A DNA stretch of 64,000 bases from positions 2,784,001 through 2,848,000 of the forward strand of contig CBDDFZ010000001.1 of NCBI GenBank assembly GCA_965227515.1, written 5' to 3'. Source of the stretch: Alphaproteobacteria bacterium (GTDB lineage Bacteria > Pseudomonadota > Alphaproteobacteria > CALKHQ01). Position 1 is the first letter of the stretch. Each line of letters starts with the position of its first letter. The position numbers and the translations under genes are program-made. Below are positions 1 to 8,462 of the stretch, piece by piece. The notes beneath the pieces are model-generated. The model searched no databases, was not told the origin of the DNA, and was given only the letters and a program-made list of their open reading frames with translations.

Positions 1-564
1 GAGCTGGGCGTTGAAGTCGCCCTCCTGGTCGCGGCGCGCGCGCATGTTGGTCAGCAGCAGGTTGATGACGTCGTAGCGGCGCTCGCCCTTGGAGTAGATC
101 TTCACCGGCGGAATGCGCAGCCCCTCGGCAAAGATCTCCTTGGCGTCGGGGTTGTAGCCGGCCGGCACCGGGCCGCCGATGTCGGTCAGGTGGCCCTTGC
201 AGACGGTCCAGAACACCAACTCGCCCTTGTAGAACACCGGCTTGTACATGCAGGTGTCGATCATGTGGCTGCCCATGTAGGCAGGGTCGTTGTGCATGAT
301 CACGTCGCCGGGGTGGATGTCGTCGCCGAAATAGCCGGCCACCGCCTTCATCGCCGGGATCAGCGAGCCCAGGTGGATCGGAATGTCCTGGCCCTGCATG
401 ATCATTTCGGGGGTGTGGTTGAACAGCGCGTTGGAATAGTCGTGCGCCAGGTTGAACACGCTCGACCGCGCCGTCTTTTCCAGCGCCAGCGTCATCTCGC
501 GCTGGGTCGTCTCCAGCACGCCGCGCACCACGGAAAGCGTGATCGGATCCACACGGTCGGACAT
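1..564 (-). CDS. Hydantoinase B/oxoprolinase family protein (5' part; runs off window)
   Basis: Not in ORF track; manual translation MSDRVDPITLSVVRGVLETTQREM...TARSSVFNLAHDYSNALF...IHPGDVIMHNDPAYMGSHMID...GHLTDIGG...EIFAEGLRIPPVK; AGGAGG RBS upstream. Confidence 0.9.
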   Translation of the reverse strand, partial: MSDRVDPITLSVVRGVLETTQREMTLALEKTARSSVFNLAHDYSNALFNHTPEMIMQGQDIPIHLGSLIPAMKAVAGYFGDDIHPGDVIMHNDPAYMGSHMIDTCMYKPVFYKGELVFWTVCKGHLTDIGGPVPAGYNPDAKEIFAEGLRIPPVKIYSKGERRYDVINLLLTNMRARRDQEGDFNAQL

Positions 565-701
565 CTGAACCTCCTGCTGTCTGCTGTGGCGGTAATTAAC
601 ACATAAGGCTGGGACCACGCCACGGCGTTGCCGGATTCCGCTGCCAGTTTGCGCGGTGCCGTGTAGTCTCGGCTGCGACGATCATCCGTGGAGAAATACA
701 C

Positions 702-1154
702 ATGACGCATAAGATGTTGGCCGGCGCTGCCGGCGTCGCCCTGGTGCTGGCCTCGACCGTGGCCGGTGCCGCTGTGCAGGACGCATGGGCAGGCCGCGGT
801 TGGGAGGCCTACAGCTCGATCTCGATGGCGATCACCGGCAACATCATCACAAACCCGACTGAGATCGTGTTCGGCAATGGCGCGACCATGCCGGTGCAGG
901 TGGTGGCCGACGATGTGCAGGGCGCCTGGGGCGTCGGCAGCGAGATGGGGCCGGCGACCGTGCTGCGCATCACCCAGCCGGTCAATCCGCCGCTGGTGGA
1001 GGGCAACACCCTGTGCGGCGCGCAGCCGACCTACATCTCGCTCTACATCGAGCCGCAGGGCGGGCTGGCGATGACCGTCTATTGGGGAGACGTCATGCCG
1101 CAAAGCAGCCGCGGCGACGATGTCTGCGCGATGTATTTCTACGGCGCGATGTAG
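702..1154 (+). CDS. Hypothetical secreted protein
   Basis: GGAGA RBS, N-terminal signal peptide, two Cys, host-like codon usage. Confidence 0.7.
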   Translation: MTHKMLAGAAGVALVLASTVAGAAVQDAWAGRGWEAYSSISMAITGNIITNPTEIVFGNGATMPVQVVADDVQGAWGVGSEMGPATVLRITQPVNPPLVEGNTLCGAQPTYISLYIEPQGGLAMTVYWGDVMPQSSRGDDVCAMYFYGAM

Positions 1155-1170
1155 GGGGCGGTTGAAGAAA

Positions 1171-1202
1171 ATAGCTTAACTGCTATATAGCTTTTAAGCT
1201 AT
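1171..1202. promoter_or_regulatory. Probable antitoxin operator overlapping the TA promoter
   Basis: Two tandem ATAGC-N6-GCTAT palindromes forming a 32-bp dyad; TTGAAG at 1162 and TGcTATATA extended -10-like box; 10 bp upstream of toxin ATG. Confidence 0.7.
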
Positions 1203-1212
1203 ATTGCCTGCG

Positions 1213-1444
1213 ATGGCATGGACGGTTGTCTTCTTTGACGCGTTTGAACGCGAGTTCAACGCGTACTCGGACAGTGTGCAGGATGCCATCTTGGCGCATC
1301 GCGTTTGCATTCGATCCGGAGCGCAAGGCCGTGTTGCTCGTTGCGGGCGACAAGTCCGGGACCAGCCAGAAGCGCTTCTACAAGCAGCTTGTCGCGAGGG
1401 CCGATGAGCGATTCGATCGCCATCTCGGTGAACTGAAAGGGTAG
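1213..1444 (+). pseudogene. RelE/ParE-superfamily (Gp49/DUF891-like) toxin with internal deletion and frameshift
   Basis: N-part MAWTVVFFDAFEREF...QDAILAH in one frame; C-part WRIAFAFDPERKAVLLVAGDKSG...KRFYKQLVARADERFDRHL in another; central segment typical of the family absent. Confidence 0.8.
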
Positions 1445-1448
1445 GATT

Positions 1449-1784
1449 ATGGCCAAGACGCTGGCCGAGAAGATGAGGGAACTGCCGGTCGACCGACGTG
1501 CTCGGATCGAAGGCGAGACCGCGCGTTTGCATCAGGAGTATCTGACCCTGCGCCAGTTGCGCAAAGCGAAGGAACTGACCCAGGTCCAACTCGCCGAGAA
1601 GCTGGGCATTCGCCAGGCCACCGTGGCGCAAATGGAAAAGCGCAGCGATCTGATGCTCTCGACACTGCGTGGCTATGTGGAAGCCATGGGTGGACGACTT
1701 AACCTGGTCGTCGAATTCCCGGATGGGGCGCCTGTGCGGCTAGACGGCATCGGCGATGCCGATGAGCCGGCCGTGCGGACCTAA
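1449..1784 (+). CDS. XRE-family HTH antitoxin (HigA-like)
   Basis: LRQLRKAKELTQVQLAEKLGIRQATVAQMEKRSDLMLSTLRGYVEAMGG, directly after the toxin. Confidence 0.9.
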   Translation: MAKTLAEKMRELPVDRRARIEGETARLHQEYLTLRQLRKAKELTQVQLAEKLGIRQATVAQMEKRSDLMLSTLRGYVEAMGGRLNLVVEFPDGAPVRLDGIGDADEPAVRT

Positions 1785-1810
1785 ACCGCTGACCTAGAAC
1801 TGCTTGTGCG

Positions 1811-2566
1811 TCACCACGCCGACCAGCCGCCGTCGACCATGATGTTGGCGCCATGCACGGTGCGCGCGTCGTCGCTGGCCAGGTAGACCGCGGTGCCGGC
1901 CATGTCCTCGGCCGGCAGGAACGCCTCGCCGTTCGGCGTCAGGTCGGCGCACTTGGCCGCCCAGGCGGCATCCGCGCGCAACTCCTCGTTCAACGGCGTG
2001 ATGATGTTGCCCGGCGACAGCGCGTTGACGTTGATGCCGTGCGGCGCCAACTCCAGCGCCAGGGCGCGGGTCATGTTGATCAGCCCGCCCTTGGACGCGC
2101 AATAGGCGGCGGAATTCGGGAAGCCGCCGACGCCGGCGATCGAGGCGATGTTGACGATCTTGCCCGCCTGCTGGGCCTTCATCGTCGGCAGCACGGCGCG
2201 GGCCATGAAGAAGCACGATTTCAGGTTGAGATCGAGCTGGGCGTCCCACACCGCCTCGGTGGTCTCCTCCACCGGGCAGGGGGTGAACACGCCGGCATTG
2301 TTGACCAGGATGTCGATGGTGCCGAAGGCATCCAGCACCGCCGCGGCGACGTCGTCGCAGGCGCCCGTCCCGGTGATGTCGGCGGCGACATGGCGCGCGG
2401 TGCCGTCGCTGCTGGCGACGTCGGCCAGCAGGTCCTGGGCGCGCTGTCCAAGCGAACGGCTGACGATGGCGACCTTCGCACCCTCGGCGGCGAAGCGCTT
2501 GGCGATGGCGGCGCCGATCCCCTGCGAGCCACCGGTGACGATGGCGACCTTGTCCTTGAGCCTCAT
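1811..2566 (-). CDS. SDR family oxidoreductase
   Basis: Start MRLKDKVAIVTGGSQGIG; NNAG; YCASK catalytic motif. Confidence 0.93.
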   Translation of the reverse strand: MRLKDKVAIVTGGSQGIGAAIAKRFAAEGAKVAIVSRSLGQRAQDLLADVASSDGTARHVAADITGTGACDDVAAAVLDAFGTIDILVNNAGVFTPCPVEETTEAVWDAQLDLNLKSCFFMARAVLPTMKAQQAGKIVNIASIAGVGGFPNSAAYCASKGGLINMTRALALELAPHGINVNALSPGNIITPLNEELRADAAWAAKCADLTPNGEAFLPAEDMAGTAVYLASDDARTVHGANIMVDGGWSAW

Positions 2567-2994
2567 TTGTCCTCCGGTGTCGGGCGATAGATCGGCCCGC
2601 GGTCGATAACCGCCTGCAACAGCCCGTCTTCCAAATAGTCGCCTTCCTCCTCGGGCATCACCGGACGGCTCTCCTGCCCGGGGTAGCCGAGGCGGTCGCG
2701 CACGCCCGGGTCCATGTAGTAGGCGGCGGCCGCGATGGTGCCGATGGCCTGCAACGCTGCCGGGTCGTCCCGGTTGAGCCCGTCGGCGGCCTCGGCCGGC
2801 GGCACGCCGGCAGCCTTGCCGAGCGCGCGCCGCAGGTCGGGCCACAACTCCGGCCGCAGGGACAGCACGTGGTCGGCCGGCGCGTGCTGCACGCCGACGT
2901 CGCTCGCCGACGGCATGCCTGCCGCCGCCGGGATCAGCACGTCGGCGACGCCCGCGAACACGGCGCGGTCAGCATCGGACAGCATTTCGGTCAC
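2563..2994 (-). CDS. Gluconate 2-dehydrogenase subunit-3-like small protein
   Basis: ADVLIP...MPSAS...AYYMDPGVRDRLGYPG; GTGA and ATGA overlaps couple it to the GMC and SDR genes. Confidence 0.7.
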   Translation of the reverse strand: MTEMLSDADRAVFAGVADVLIPAAAGMPSASDVGVQHAPADHVLSLRPELWPDLRRALGKAAGVPPAEAADGLNRDDPAALQAIGTIAAAAYYMDPGVRDRLGYPGQESRPVMPEEEGDYLEDGLLQAVIDRGPIYRPTPEDK

Positions 2995-4622
2995 GCGGCG
3001 GCCTCCTCGGCGCCGCGCGCCTCGATCATCCGGTAGACACAGCGCAACGCGACGGCGCTGATGGTGGCGGTCGGGTTGAAGCCGGAAGACGTCACGAAGG
3101 TCGATCCATCGATAATGTAGAGATTGGGCACGTCGTGGGCACGGCCCCACTGGTCGACCACGGAGCGCGCAGGATCGGTGCCCATGCGGCAGGTGCCCAT
3201 CAGGTGCCAGCCGCAGTCGCGCATCAGATGGGTGATGGAGGTCTCATAAGCGCCGGCAGCTTCCATTGCCTCGGTGGCGCGGGCAAGGTGGAAGTCGATC
3301 AGCCGGCGGGTGTTTTCGGAGTTCTGGTAGATCACCTTCGGCGCCGGGTTGCCGTCGCTGTCCTTCAGCACCGGGTCCAGGACCACGCGGTTCTCCGGAT
3401 CGGGCAAGTCTTCGGCGATGATGCCCCACTCGAACGAGCGGCCCAGCCGCTTGGCGGTGTTGCGGTGCAAATTCTCGCCCCACGCTTCCTGCAAGGCGTT
3501 GCCGCCATAGACCGAGCGCATGCCGAGCGGGCCGCCGGTGGGCATGCAGTTCCACTTGGCGCCGCGCACGAAGCCGCGGCTGTCGTCGGTCTCGTAGAAC
3601 TGCATCGATTGCAGCGACTGGCCGGCCGGGCCGCGCCACGTCTCCAGCATCTCCTCGAAATAGCCGACCACGGCCGCAAACGGGTGCATCATCAGATTGC
3701 GGCCGACCAGGCCGGAGCTGTTGGCCAGCCCGTCGGGAAATTCAGGGCAGGCCGACATCTGCAACAGCCGCGGCGTGCCGATGCCGTTGCAGCACACGAT
3801 CACCCGGTCCGCCGCCACATGGTGCTCGGCGCCGGCACGGTCGCGGTAGACGGCACCGGTGGCCCGGCCGTCCTTACCGACCGTGATGCGGCTGACCCTG
3901 GCGCCGGTGATCAGCCGCGCGCCGTCCCTGGTCGCCAGCGGCCAGTGGGTCAGGTCGAACGACGCCTTGGCCTGCTCCGGACAGCCCTGCATGCACGAGC
4001 CGCGACGGGCACAGGCGCTGAGATTGCGATAGGCGCGGGTGGGAATCGCCTGGCTGGCCGGCCACCAGTGCCAGCCGAGCTTGTTCATGCCGGCCGCCGC
4101 GACCTGGCCGAATCGGCCAATCGGAAACGGCGGCAAAGGGGGCGGCGTCATGGGCGGATAGGCGGGGTCTCCGGCCAGGCCGGAAACGCCCATTTCAATA
4201 TCCATGAAGTCGTAGAACGGTTCTAAATCCTCATAGGTGAACGGCCAGTCGTCCGCCACGCCGTCCAATGTGCGCACGCGAAAGTCGGATGGCATGAACC
4301 GTTGCCAGTGCGCGGCATAGATCACGGTGCTGCCACCGACGGCTGCAAACATCAGTGGATTGACGTCGGATGCCGACACGTCGATCGGGTAGTCGTCGGC
4401 CAATCCGCGCACGTTCGGATTCGGGTGCCAGCGCCTTTGGGACATCAACTCCCACTCAGGCTTCGCGCCGAAAAAGGCATCCGGCGAAACCGGTCCGCCC
4501 TGTTCCAGGCACACCACGTCGACGCCGGCTTCGGCCAGGTGGCGCGCGGCCACCGCGCCGCTGGCGCCGGCACCCACGATCAGCACCTCGGCGGTCGCGC
4601 GGCTCGCATTAAGATTCGTCAA
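2991..4622 (-). CDS. GMC family flavoprotein oxidoreductase
   Basis: GAGASG FAD motif, VGGSTV, GRNLMMH, HLMGTCRMG, NPTATI. Confidence 0.93.
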   Translation of the reverse strand: MTNLNASRATAEVLIVGAGASGAVAARHLAEAGVDVVCLEQGGPVSPDAFFGAKPEWELMSQRRWHPNPNVRGLADDYPIDVSASDVNPLMFAAVGGSTVIYAAHWQRFMPSDFRVRTLDGVADDWPFTYEDLEPFYDFMDIEMGVSGLAGDPAYPPMTPPPLPPFPIGRFGQVAAAGMNKLGWHWWPASQAIPTRAYRNLSACARRGSCMQGCPEQAKASFDLTHWPLATRDGARLITGARVSRITVGKDGRATGAVYRDRAGAEHHVAADRVIVCCNGIGTPRLLQMSACPEFPDGLANSSGLVGRNLMMHPFAAVVGYFEEMLETWRGPAGQSLQSMQFYETDDSRGFVRGAKWNCMPTGGPLGMRSVYGGNALQEAWGENLHRNTAKRLGRSFEWGIIAEDLPDPENRVVLDPVLKDSDGNPAPKVIYQNSENTRRLIDFHLARATEAMEAAGAYETSITHLMRDCGWHLMGTCRMGTDPARSVVDQWGRAHDVPNLYIIDGSTFVTSSGFNPTATISAVALRCVYRMIEARGAEEAAA

Positions 4623-4842
4623 CGCACGCTCCCCATCGTGATCCGCTACTATGCACGTCAGCCGCGGACGGCCGCAAGGACACGATGGCGGGTCGCTTTT
4701 GCTTGAATCTTCAAGGAAATTGGCGAGCTTGCTCTATGTTATTGGACTAAAATTGGCGTTGCTGCAGGTTCCGGCTTTCGCCGACATGGGGGGGCGCGTC
4801 GGCGGCTTGCGACAACCCGAGAATACCCTAGGTGATCCAGCG

Positions 4843-5718
4843 TTGAACGTTAGAGCACTACGCACACTTGTGGCGATATATGAGCACCGCAGCTTTCGCG
4901 AGGCCGCTCAGCAGTTGGGCCTGACCCAATCAACCGTCAGCATGCAGATGAAGGCTCTGGAAGAGGAGCTGAACGTCTCGCTGTTCGATCGGCGCCAGCG
5001 GCCGCCGACCATGACCGCGATCGCGCAGTCGATCGTGCAGCCGGCACGCGAGATCGTGACGATGGAACGCGCGATCCACCAGATCGCCAGCAACGACATC
5101 CAGGTCGGCGGCAATTTGCGGGTCGGCGTGATCCCGACGGCGACCATCAGCACACTGCCGGCGGCGCTGCGTCATCTGGCACGGCACAACCCGACGGTGA
5201 CCGTCCACGTGCAAAGCGGCCTGTCCGATTCACTGCCGCTGCGTGTGCTCTCCGGCGAGATCGATTCCGCCGTGGTCACCCTGGGCGAGACGGTGGAGCG
5301 CCGGCTGAGCGCCACCGCGCTCTACCAGGAGCCGATGGTGATCGCGCGCCCGATCGACTGGGACCGGCCACGCGACATCGCCGATCTGTCGGGCGTGCCG
5401 TTCATCCGCTTCAACCGGCGCGCCGGTATCGGCCAGAATATCGAGCGCATCCTGCGCGCCCACGCGCTGGAGGCGAACGACATCATGGAGCTGGACTCCG
5501 TCGATGCCATCCTGACCATGGTCGGCGCCGGTCTGGGTGTTTCCATCGTGCCCGAATACAGCGTGATGGCGCATCACCGCAGCAGCGTCTCGCTGCTGGA
5601 GGTGGACCATGAGTCCGCCAGCCGCACGGTCGGCTTCGTCACCCGCGCGAAGGACGAGAACGCGGCCCTGAACGCCAGCCTGCTGGAAGCTTTGCAGCAG
5701 TCCATACCGCGGCAATAG
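4843..5718 (+). CDS. LysR family transcriptional regulator
   Basis: HTH SFREAAQQLGLTQSTVSMQMKALEEELNVSLFDR; divergent from GMC cluster; TTG start inferred from domain start. Confidence 0.92.
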   Translation: MNVRALRTLVAIYEHRSFREAAQQLGLTQSTVSMQMKALEEELNVSLFDRRQRPPTMTAIAQSIVQPAREIVTMERAIHQIASNDIQVGGNLRVGVIPTATISTLPAALRHLARHNPTVTVHVQSGLSDSLPLRVLSGEIDSAVVTLGETVERRLSATALYQEPMVIARPIDWDRPRDIADLSGVPFIRFNRRAGIGQNIERILRAHALEANDIMELDSVDAILTMVGAGLGVSIVPEYSVMAHHRSSVSLLEVDHESASRTVGFVTRAKDENAALNASLLEALQQSIPRQ

Positions 5719-5781
5719 AGGTTGCGGTAGACTTGCCGGCAGCGCGTGTTCTTGTGCACGCAACCGTTTGGGGGATCAAAC

Positions 5782-6279
5782 ATGCGTCCGGCTGCCCTGT
5801 TCGCCGCATTGCTGGCGATATCGACCCTTTCCGGGTGCTTCTTTGTCGAGCAACCGGTCGTCACCGCATCGAACGCCGTCGCGGTACCGGGCCTGCCCGG
5901 TACCTACAAGAGCGAGGATGGCGAGCTGGCGGACATCTCGGCCGACGGCAACGCCTATGTGATGAGCTTCGTCGAAGACGGCGACATCGTTAAGGCCACG
6001 ATCATGGCGGCTGAGCTGGGCGGGTCTTATCTGGTGCAGTTCGCCGATGCGTCCGGGCAGGATCCGGGGTTCGTCCTGATCGTCGCCACGGTGGATGACG
6101 GCGGCATCAGGATCCATTTCACCGAAGAGGACATGACCGCGCTGGCCGCCGAGCACGGCCTGACGATTTCAGGCAACGCCAACCTGACCGGCGGCGACGA
6201 CAGCGCAATCCTGAGCTTCATGGCCGCGTACGCGGTCAAGACCGACCAGGCCGAGTACATCCTCTTTCGCGCCGAGTAG
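5782..6279 (+). CDS. Lipoprotein of unknown family, paralog 1 of 4
   Basis: Lipobox LSGC-F; LPGTY; YLVQF; AILSF. Confidence 0.8.
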   Translation: MRPAALFAALLAISTLSGCFFVEQPVVTASNAVAVPGLPGTYKSEDGELADISADGNAYVMSFVEDGDIVKATIMAAELGGSYLVQFADASGQDPGFVLIVATVDDGGIRIHFTEEDMTALAAEHGLTISGNANLTGGDDSAILSFMAAYAVKTDQAEYILFRAE

Positions 6280-6399
6280 CCCCCTCAGGTTCTGCACTGC
6301 CAGCCGCAAAACCACCGCAATTGCGTGCATGGATGTCCGCCGGTCGGAGGGTGCATCAGGGGCAAGCTAGCCTCAGTCCAACACAACCAAGGTGTACCC

Positions 6400-6924
6400 A
6401 TGCCAATCGTACGCGCTCTTTCCGTCATCGTCCTTCTCGTCCCCCTTGCGGCCTGCTTCGTGCACGAGGGCCCGCCGGCCTTCGATGCCTCCGCCGCCCA
6501 GCCTGTCGACGACCTTGAGGGACTCTATGACTCAAGCCCCATGGGGACCGGCAAGGACACCGTCGAGATCCTGTCGGCGCAGTCGGGCTACGACTATGTG
6601 ATGATCGTTACCGACGACACGGGCGACGTGCAGGAAGTCACCTTGCGCGCCATCGACATGGGTGCCGCGTACCTGATGCAGATGCATGACGGGACCGGCA
6701 ACGAGCCGGGCGTCGCCTACTTCTTCGCCACGGTCGACCGGGCCGGGCTGACCATCCATCTGCCGTCGTCGAACAGCAGTCAGTCCGTGGCCGACAGCAT
6801 GGACCTGAAGCTGATCAACTCCGAGATCACCGGCAGCAATGACCCCGACCTGATCGCCAAGTTCTTGGGCGAAGTCGCGCAATTGCCGTTGGCGCCGCTG
6901 GCGGCGTTGGCACGTGTGAACTGA
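6400..6924 (+). CDS. Lipoprotein of unknown family, paralog 2 of 4
   Basis: Lipobox LAAC-F; LEGLY; YLMQM; LIAKF. Confidence 0.8.
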   Translation: MPIVRALSVIVLLVPLAACFVHEGPPAFDASAAQPVDDLEGLYDSSPMGTGKDTVEILSAQSGYDYVMIVTDDTGDVQEVTLRAIDMGAAYLMQMHDGTGNEPGVAYFFATVDRAGLTIHLPSSNSSQSVADSMDLKLINSEITGSNDPDLIAKFLGEVAQLPLAPLAALARVN

Positions 6925-7025
6925 CCCCACCTGCCGCACTTACGTCCATCCATTCCGTCAGGCAGCGGTGCGGCGCCCATCGTGGCGCCCGCCGCGCCCT
7001 CTTTGGCCATAGCGAGGTCCAAACC

Positions 7026-7529
7026 ATGCGCCAGTTGCATTGGTTGAGCTTCATCGTTCTTTTCCTGCCGCTCGCCGGCTGCTTCTCGATCACGAGCGAA
7101 GTGATCGGCGCGGGCGACGCCATCTCCGTCGCCCAATTGCCTGGCAATTACGTCAACGCCAACCGCGACCGGGTCGAGATCGTGCCATCGGGGTCCGGCA
7201 ATGACTACGTCGTGTCGGTCACCGACAGCGCCGGTGTCACCCGTCAGGTCGTGCTACGCGCTCTGCCTGCCGGCCCCTATCACGTCGTTCAACTGGTGGA
7301 CGCGGCAGGCGCACAGGCTTCGATACCCCTGTTGTTCGCGGATGTCGGCTCAAGCGGCGTGTACGTCTACCAGCCGCAGGCCAGCGTCTCGGGCATGGCT
7401 GCGCAGTACAATATCCGTATGCAAGCCAACGGGGCGCTCTACGGCGACCCGTCCGACATATTGGCGTTCATCAATGCGGTCGCCGCGGTGCCCATGACCA
7501 AGCTCGAGCTGCTCGCGCGGGTGGACTGA
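7026..7529 (+). CDS. Lipoprotein of unknown family, paralog 3 of 4
   Basis: Lipobox LAGC-F; LPGNY; YHVVQL; DILAF. Confidence 0.8.
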   Translation: MRQLHWLSFIVLFLPLAGCFSITSEVIGAGDAISVAQLPGNYVNANRDRVEIVPSGSGNDYVVSVTDSAGVTRQVVLRALPAGPYHVVQLVDAAGAQASIPLLFADVGSSGVYVYQPQASVSGMAAQYNIRMQANGALYGDPSDILAFINAVAAVPMTKLELLARVD

Positions 7530-7729
7530 GGCTTCGTTGGCCTGAGGCCGGGTGTGACAGCCGTCACACCCGCGATTGTCGCTGTTTGAACCCCGGGGCC
7601 GCTCCGCACGACTACACCCATGCTCAGCAACCAGGATCGGGTGCGTGCGAGGGGCCACGATGGCCCAATGGAGGATACGCGCAAGGTCCGTGCTGGCGCA
7701 CAGTGCGAACTCTCATGGAGCGACCCAAA

Positions 7730-8242
7730 ATGCGTATCCTCAAAGCCCTGGCGGTATTGGCCGCCATGCTGCCTTTGCATGCCTGCTTTCTGGTGGCCCA
7801 GCCGGTCATCTTCTCCCAACAGGCCGACATCGTGCCCAATCTGGAGGGCACCTACATCGCGGTGGATGCCGACAATCGTCGCATAGAGATCGGCCCGCCC
7901 GACACCTACAACGAATACGTCATGTTCCTGCCCGACGAGAACGGCGAGATCGTCAAGGGCCTCGTCCTGGCGCAGTGGCTGTCCAGCCAGTATTTCGTGC
8001 TGCAGGCGACCAATCCCGAGGACCCCGCTGAGGGCGCGATGTTGCTGCTCGCCTCGTTCGGCCCCAGGGGCATTCTGGCCCACGGCCCTGCCGTCGATGC
8101 CGAGTGGCTGCTGGAAAAGTACGATCTCCAAGTCGGCCAGAACTTTCAGCTCGTCGGCGCGCCGGACGACATCCTGGCCTTCATGCGGGCGTTGATCCAA
8201 CTGCCGCTGGAAAGCCAGTACGTCCTGATCCGCGACGCTTGA
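7730..8242 (+). CDS. Lipoprotein of unknown family, paralog 4 of 4
   Basis: Lipobox-like LHAC-F; LEGTY; YFVLQ; DILAF. Confidence 0.78.
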   Translation: MRILKALAVLAAMLPLHACFLVAQPVIFSQQADIVPNLEGTYIAVDADNRRIEIGPPDTYNEYVMFLPDENGEIVKGLVLAQWLSSQYFVLQATNPEDPAEGAMLLLASFGPRGILAHGPAVDAEWLLEKYDLQVGQNFQLVGAPDDILAFMRALIQLPLESQYVLIRDA

Positions 8243-8261
8243 TCCCAATCCGGTTCCTGGC

Positions 8262-8337
8262 CGGCCGCTCACCTGCTCCCTGATGCCTTGAGGTCGTTTC
8301 GACCTGGCGTGGGGGCAGGCGGGCGGCCGTCCTTTTT
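8262..8337 (+). terminator. Long hairpin with T-tract after the lipoprotein array
   Basis: CGGCCGCTCACCTGCTCCC pairs imperfectly with GGGGGCAGGCGGGCGGCCG; inner AGGTCG-TTT-CGACCT stem; followed by TTTTT. Confidence 0.55.
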
Positions 8338-8355
8338 GGCGTGCGGCCTCAGAAA

Positions 8356-8368
8356 TCAATAATTTTGA
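8356..8368. promoter_or_regulatory. LysR-type T-N11-A dyad upstream of the acd gene
   Basis: TCAATAATTTTGA (TCAA...TTGA dyad) in an AT-rich promoter patch. Confidence 0.35.
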
Positions 8369-8462
8369 ACATGATGTGTAGGATAAGTCGATTGATTGAC
8401 TTTAAGGCGATGGATATGCTTCGGTGATAACGGTCGCGTGATCGACTCACGGAGTTCAGTGC

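Noticed and set aside
6280-7729. Integron attC sites or shared repeats between the lipoprotein genes
   Set aside because: No shared spacer sequence or RYYYAAC/GTTRRRY pairs seen; only one isolated hairpin near 7550; no integrase.
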